The notes beneath the pieces are model-generated. The model made no database searches. It had not been told where the DNA came from and worked only from the letters and a program-made list of their open reading frames with translations. The position numbers and the translations under genes were made by a program. From Zancudomyces culisetae HAW-14-8 (lineage: Eukaryota; Fungi; Kickxellomycota): a stretch of 64,000 bases of DNA. Below, one piece after another: positions 62,708-64,000 of the stretch. Each line of letters opens with the position of its first letter. Position 1 is the first letter of the stretch. The stretch spans positions 3,286,001 through 3,350,000 of the forward strand of contig JBNJNM010000011.1 of the NCBI GenBank assembly GCA_052426225.1, read 5' to 3'.

Positions 62708-64000
62708 CTAAGGACTAATATGCGCACCCAGGCCTAGTATTCTTGTTGATAGAGAATTCAACTTTGAAATAATAATCTCCAACTTCCCCTGTTTTTGCTT
62801 TGCAACATCCCTCAAATCACACAATCTTTTCTCTACTTCGTACAGCCTTTTATTCACCTCGATTAACTCGGAATCGCTAGGATTGTAAGTACTTAGTAAT
62901 GACTGCATACCATATTCTTCACTTTTTTCGTCACATGCTTGTGCTCGACCTTCGAACTCTGAGTCCTTTTTCATTAGCATTATTTCGGACTTTGTTCTTT
63001 TGATTTCAGATGGCCTTGTTTTCTCTCGGAAAAAGTAATCAAACTCGTAATCACTCTTAGGCGAGTCTTTTTTGATTTCATTGTTTCCTCCAATGCACAA
63101 ATTGTTTGTAGTATGAGGGTTGATAGTATCCGTAGTGGTGGCTGTAGTAGTGGTGATGGCTGTGGCTGTGGTGTTACATTTATTTTTCATACTTATCAAA
63201 GCCTCGCACAGTTCGTCAAGTATCACTTCGCAACTTTCTACGCCTCCATAAAGGTTCAAGCTTCTGGGTTTTTTATTATCAGGTTGTGTTGTAGGGGTGC
63301 TTTCGGACTCTCTGCTTTTGGTGTGCTCAGATCCCTCTTTTTCTGTACCCGTATGGCACTTCATAGCTGTAGTATTTTCATCCTTGTAGTTCACCCTCGT
63401 ACGCTTGGCAAAATGTATACACCGGTCCATTTCCTCCCTATCCACCACAGTAGGTCTTTCTGTATACATTTGTGAACAGTGTTCGACTTCCCGACTACCA
63501 ATATCATACTGAGACTTTCGCTGCGAGCTGTCTCTGGATTTCGCCTTATACCAGTCGTAGTGCCTCTCGTTGTAGACTCCTTTGGGTATATATGGCATGT
63601 TGTGTCTATAGCTCATATTTGGAGTGTAGAAGTCTGGAAAATAGGCCTCATGATCCTGTGTTACTGACGGGTACCCTTTATCTACACTACTTAGCGCTGC
63701 TCTTGAGAAACCAAAGGCCCTGGAGTTTCCCCTATTACCAGCCAAGTTATAACTTTTATTTCCTTGGAAATAGCCGCGCTCAGAACATGGTAAACTTTTG
63801 TCTCCAACTACTGAAGAAAGTTCGTGACCCTTTGGCGCGAGATAAACGTTGGCGGTACTTTTTGTTTGGCGATTAACATTGGTTACCTGCATTTTAGATT
63901 CTTTATATCGTTTATACAATCCTTTAGTGTCCAAATCCTCCCTACTTCCAGAATTTTGGTTGGGCGTGTATTTTCTCAGATACATGGGAGGATCGTATGC
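62708..64000 (-). CDS. hypothetical protein with C-terminal coiled coil (may extend beyond window)
   Basis: 425-aa ORF whose frame stays open to the window edge; heptad-like 'LIEVNKRLYEVEKRLCDL..LEIIISKL'. Confidence 0.7.
   Translation of the reverse strand, partial: AYDPPMYLRKYTPNQNSGSREDLDTKGLYKRYKESKMQVTNVNRQTKSTANVYLAPKGHELSSVVGDKSLPCSERGYFQGNKSYNLAGNRGNSRAFGFSRAALSSVDKGYPSVTQDHEAYFPDFYTPNMSYRHNMPYIPKGVYNERHYDWYKAKSRDSSQRKSQYDIGSREVEHCSQMYTERPTVVDREEMDRCIHFAKRTRVNYKDENTTAMKCHTGTEKEGSEHTKSRESESTPTTQPDNKKPRSLNLYGGVESCEVILDELCEALISMKNKCNTTATAITTTTATTTDTINPHTTNNLCIGGNNEIKKDSPKSDYEFDYFFREKTRPSEIKRTKSEIMLMKKDSEFEGRAQACDEKSEEYGMQSLLSTYNPSDSELIEVNKRLYEVEKRLCDLRDVAKQKQGKLEIIISKLNSLSTRILGLGAHISP

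Noticed and set aside
1-64000. tRNA, rRNA, spliceosomal snRNA, CRISPR array or intact transposon
   Set aside because: No diagnostic motifs recognised by eye; tRNAscan-SE, Infernal and RepeatMasker would be needed to exclude them firmly.

Overview
AT-rich, gene-dense eukaryotic nuclear DNA with short GT-AG introns and many microsatellites. The gene set and style point to an early-diverging fungus, plausibly Zoopagomycota/Harpellales (inference only). Recognisable genes: SPT7 (5'-partial), an SLC41/MgtE-type Mg2+ transporter, P5A-ATPase SPF1, eIF4E, MSP1, RNA14, an ATO/GPR1/YaaH transporter, a carbonyl-reductase-like SDR, HAS1, a disrupted ADP/ATP carrier, a mitochondrial DEAD-box helicase, the intron-rich meiotic helicase MER3/HFM1, NUP53-like, NVJ2/TEX2-like and ERG24, plus several hypothetical genes. 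The main find is almost invisible in the ORF track: a 5-exon gene at 47369-48422 (+) that splices in frame to a 211-aa protein with a mitochondrial-type presequence and a bacterial-type RNase P protein (RnpA) domain carrying the RNR motif. This suggests a bacteria-like ribonucleoprotein RNase P in this fungus's mitochondria. I recognised no tRNA, rRNA, CRISPR array or intact transposon. All exon models were read by eye and need RNA-seq confirmation.
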